Shown here one piece after another: positions 62,640 through 64,000 of a DNA stretch of 64,000 bases (the stretch's first letter is position 1; every line of letters starts with the position of its first letter). Source of the stretch: Vicugna vicugna (Eukaryota). Both the position numbers and the translations under genes were made by a program. The notes under the pieces are model-generated. The model was not told where the DNA came from and ran no database searches. It was given only the letters and a program-made list of their open reading frames with translations. The stretch is taken from positions 310,001 to 374,000 of the forward strand of contig MU061538.1 of assembly GCA_013265495.1 (NCBI GenBank). The letters are read 5' to 3'.

Positions 62640-63900
62640 TGCTGAAAACCGGGTAGAGACGTCTTGCCACTGGCTGTTCAGGTGTGTGGTGCATGCTTTT
62701 GTTTTGACCTTGCGTCTCTCATCCTTGAGAAAACCCTGTGTTAGTCACCATTGCTTGACTGCAGATTCCCAGTGTTTCTCGCAGACAAACCTGCCATCTG
62801 CAGCTATGAACGTTTGCTTACTTCCTTTCCGATCCGCATCCCTTACGATTCTTCCAGTTTTGCTAAGCTGTTTAGGGCTCTCTGTGCAGCGTTCAGTAAA
62901 AGGAGCCGTGTTAGTCGTCACCGTCTCGCCCAGACCAAGAGAAGCTCTTTCACTATTTCACGCGGCCGAGACTGATGCTTGCTGAGCGATTTTAATGGAA
63001 AACCTCTATTGAGTTAGGAAGCTGTGTTCCCAGTTCCTTAAAAGATTTTAAGTCTTGAGTCTCTGAGATGTCACTGGTTTCTAATCCCTCTGATCTCCCA
63101 GTGACGTCGCCAGACTTCAGCCGTGGGACCGTTTTTCTGTTTCTGGAATAGACTCTTTATGGTTATTAAAGTTTTGGTTTTCCTTTGTTAGATTCAGTTG
63201 CTAATATTTTCTGAGAAGTGAAATTCACCTATTTTTCTTCCTTGCATTTTTCTGATCCAGTTTTCATCTCAAGGGGACACGAACCTCACAACCAGCAAGT
63301 CTGGCTCTTGACAGCAGCGCGTCTGCGTGGGACGGGGAGTAGCTGGGCGTCCGCGGCGGGGTGGGCTGCTTGGGCCGGGCCCAGCGTGGGAGCTGAGTGG
63401 CAATGCAGCTGTTTCACGGTGGCGGTAATGGTCGGGTTCTGTTCGCTTCGGTTCAGTTTTGGAACTTCGTATTTTTTCCTGAAAATGGTTGATTTCAGTT
63501 GCGTTTATGTTGTTCCTAGTGTCGTCTGTGGTTCTGTAACTCTCTGCTGCGTATGTTGGTCGTCGTTGCTCATAACTGATGTCATTTGCTTTTGGTTTGT
63601 CTTCTTTCCCGATGATCTAGACAGATGTTTTCTTGTTTTACTGGTCTCTTCAACTGGCCGGCCTCTGGGCCTTTGCCTCTGTGCTCTGCCCTTTTCCTTT
63701 CCATCGATCTCTGCTTCGCCGTCTGTGTCAGAGGCTTGTGTGGCCTCCATTTCTTACGTTGCTGATTCTCTGGTTTGCTTCCTCCCTTAGATTTCGCTGA
63801 CATTTCCTCATTAGGATTGATTTTCTCTGTGGTTTACGATTTTTTCATTGTGAAAAAGACATCTTCGGTGTCTTTCTCCCCAGGAGAACTGTTTGAATGT
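62640..63900 (-). mobile_element. Highly decayed old LINE-1 ORF2 remnants
   Basis: T-rich antisense L1 motifs such as ccatctgcagctatgaac...ttcctttcc, ttcagttgctaatattt and ttactggtctcttca. Boundaries uncertain. Confidence 0.5.
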
Positions 63901-64000
63901 CCCAAGAACCCTCGCTGTCGGAAATGTTCCTCCAGAGGCTTTGAGCAGAGCGACTCCCGTTAGAGTGTTAAGTGTGCGAGGACTTCCTCGCATCAGGATG

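Noticed and set aside
46584..64000. Intronic microRNA (mir-153 family is hosted by PTPRN/PTPRN2) or other RNA genes
   Set aside because: I saw no miR-153 mature sequence or convincing hairpin, and its host intron lies much further 3'. No tRNA or rRNA was seen.

Overview
Mammalian genomic DNA, GC-rich and not prokaryotic. The window holds the middle of PTPRN2 (receptor-type tyrosine-protein phosphatase N2, IA-2beta/phogrin) on the + strand. Seven GT-AG coding exons (about exons 5-11 by human numbering; 160, 361, 219, 41, 347, 87 and 80 nt) splice into one continuous frame. They encode the luminal pro-region, the dibasic KK processing site and the start of the SEA-like Receptor IA-2 ectodomain. 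The rest is intron, containing LINE-1 fossils (one apparently internally deleted and nested in an older L1), L2, MIR, MER/Tigger and MLT remnants, microsatellites and a higher-order GC-rich VNTR. I saw no young SINEs, and the youngest L1 resembles laurasiatherian, possibly camelid, L1 (inference). Almost all ORFs in the supplied track are spurious GC-rich frames. I found no convincing novel biological system. The best leads are two canonical RE1/REST sites, several splicing-regulatory oddities, loss of poly(A) signals in sense-strand L1s, and AT-rich candidate enhancers. Repeat family names and human comparisons come from recalled consensus sequences and need RepeatMasker/BLAST confirmation.
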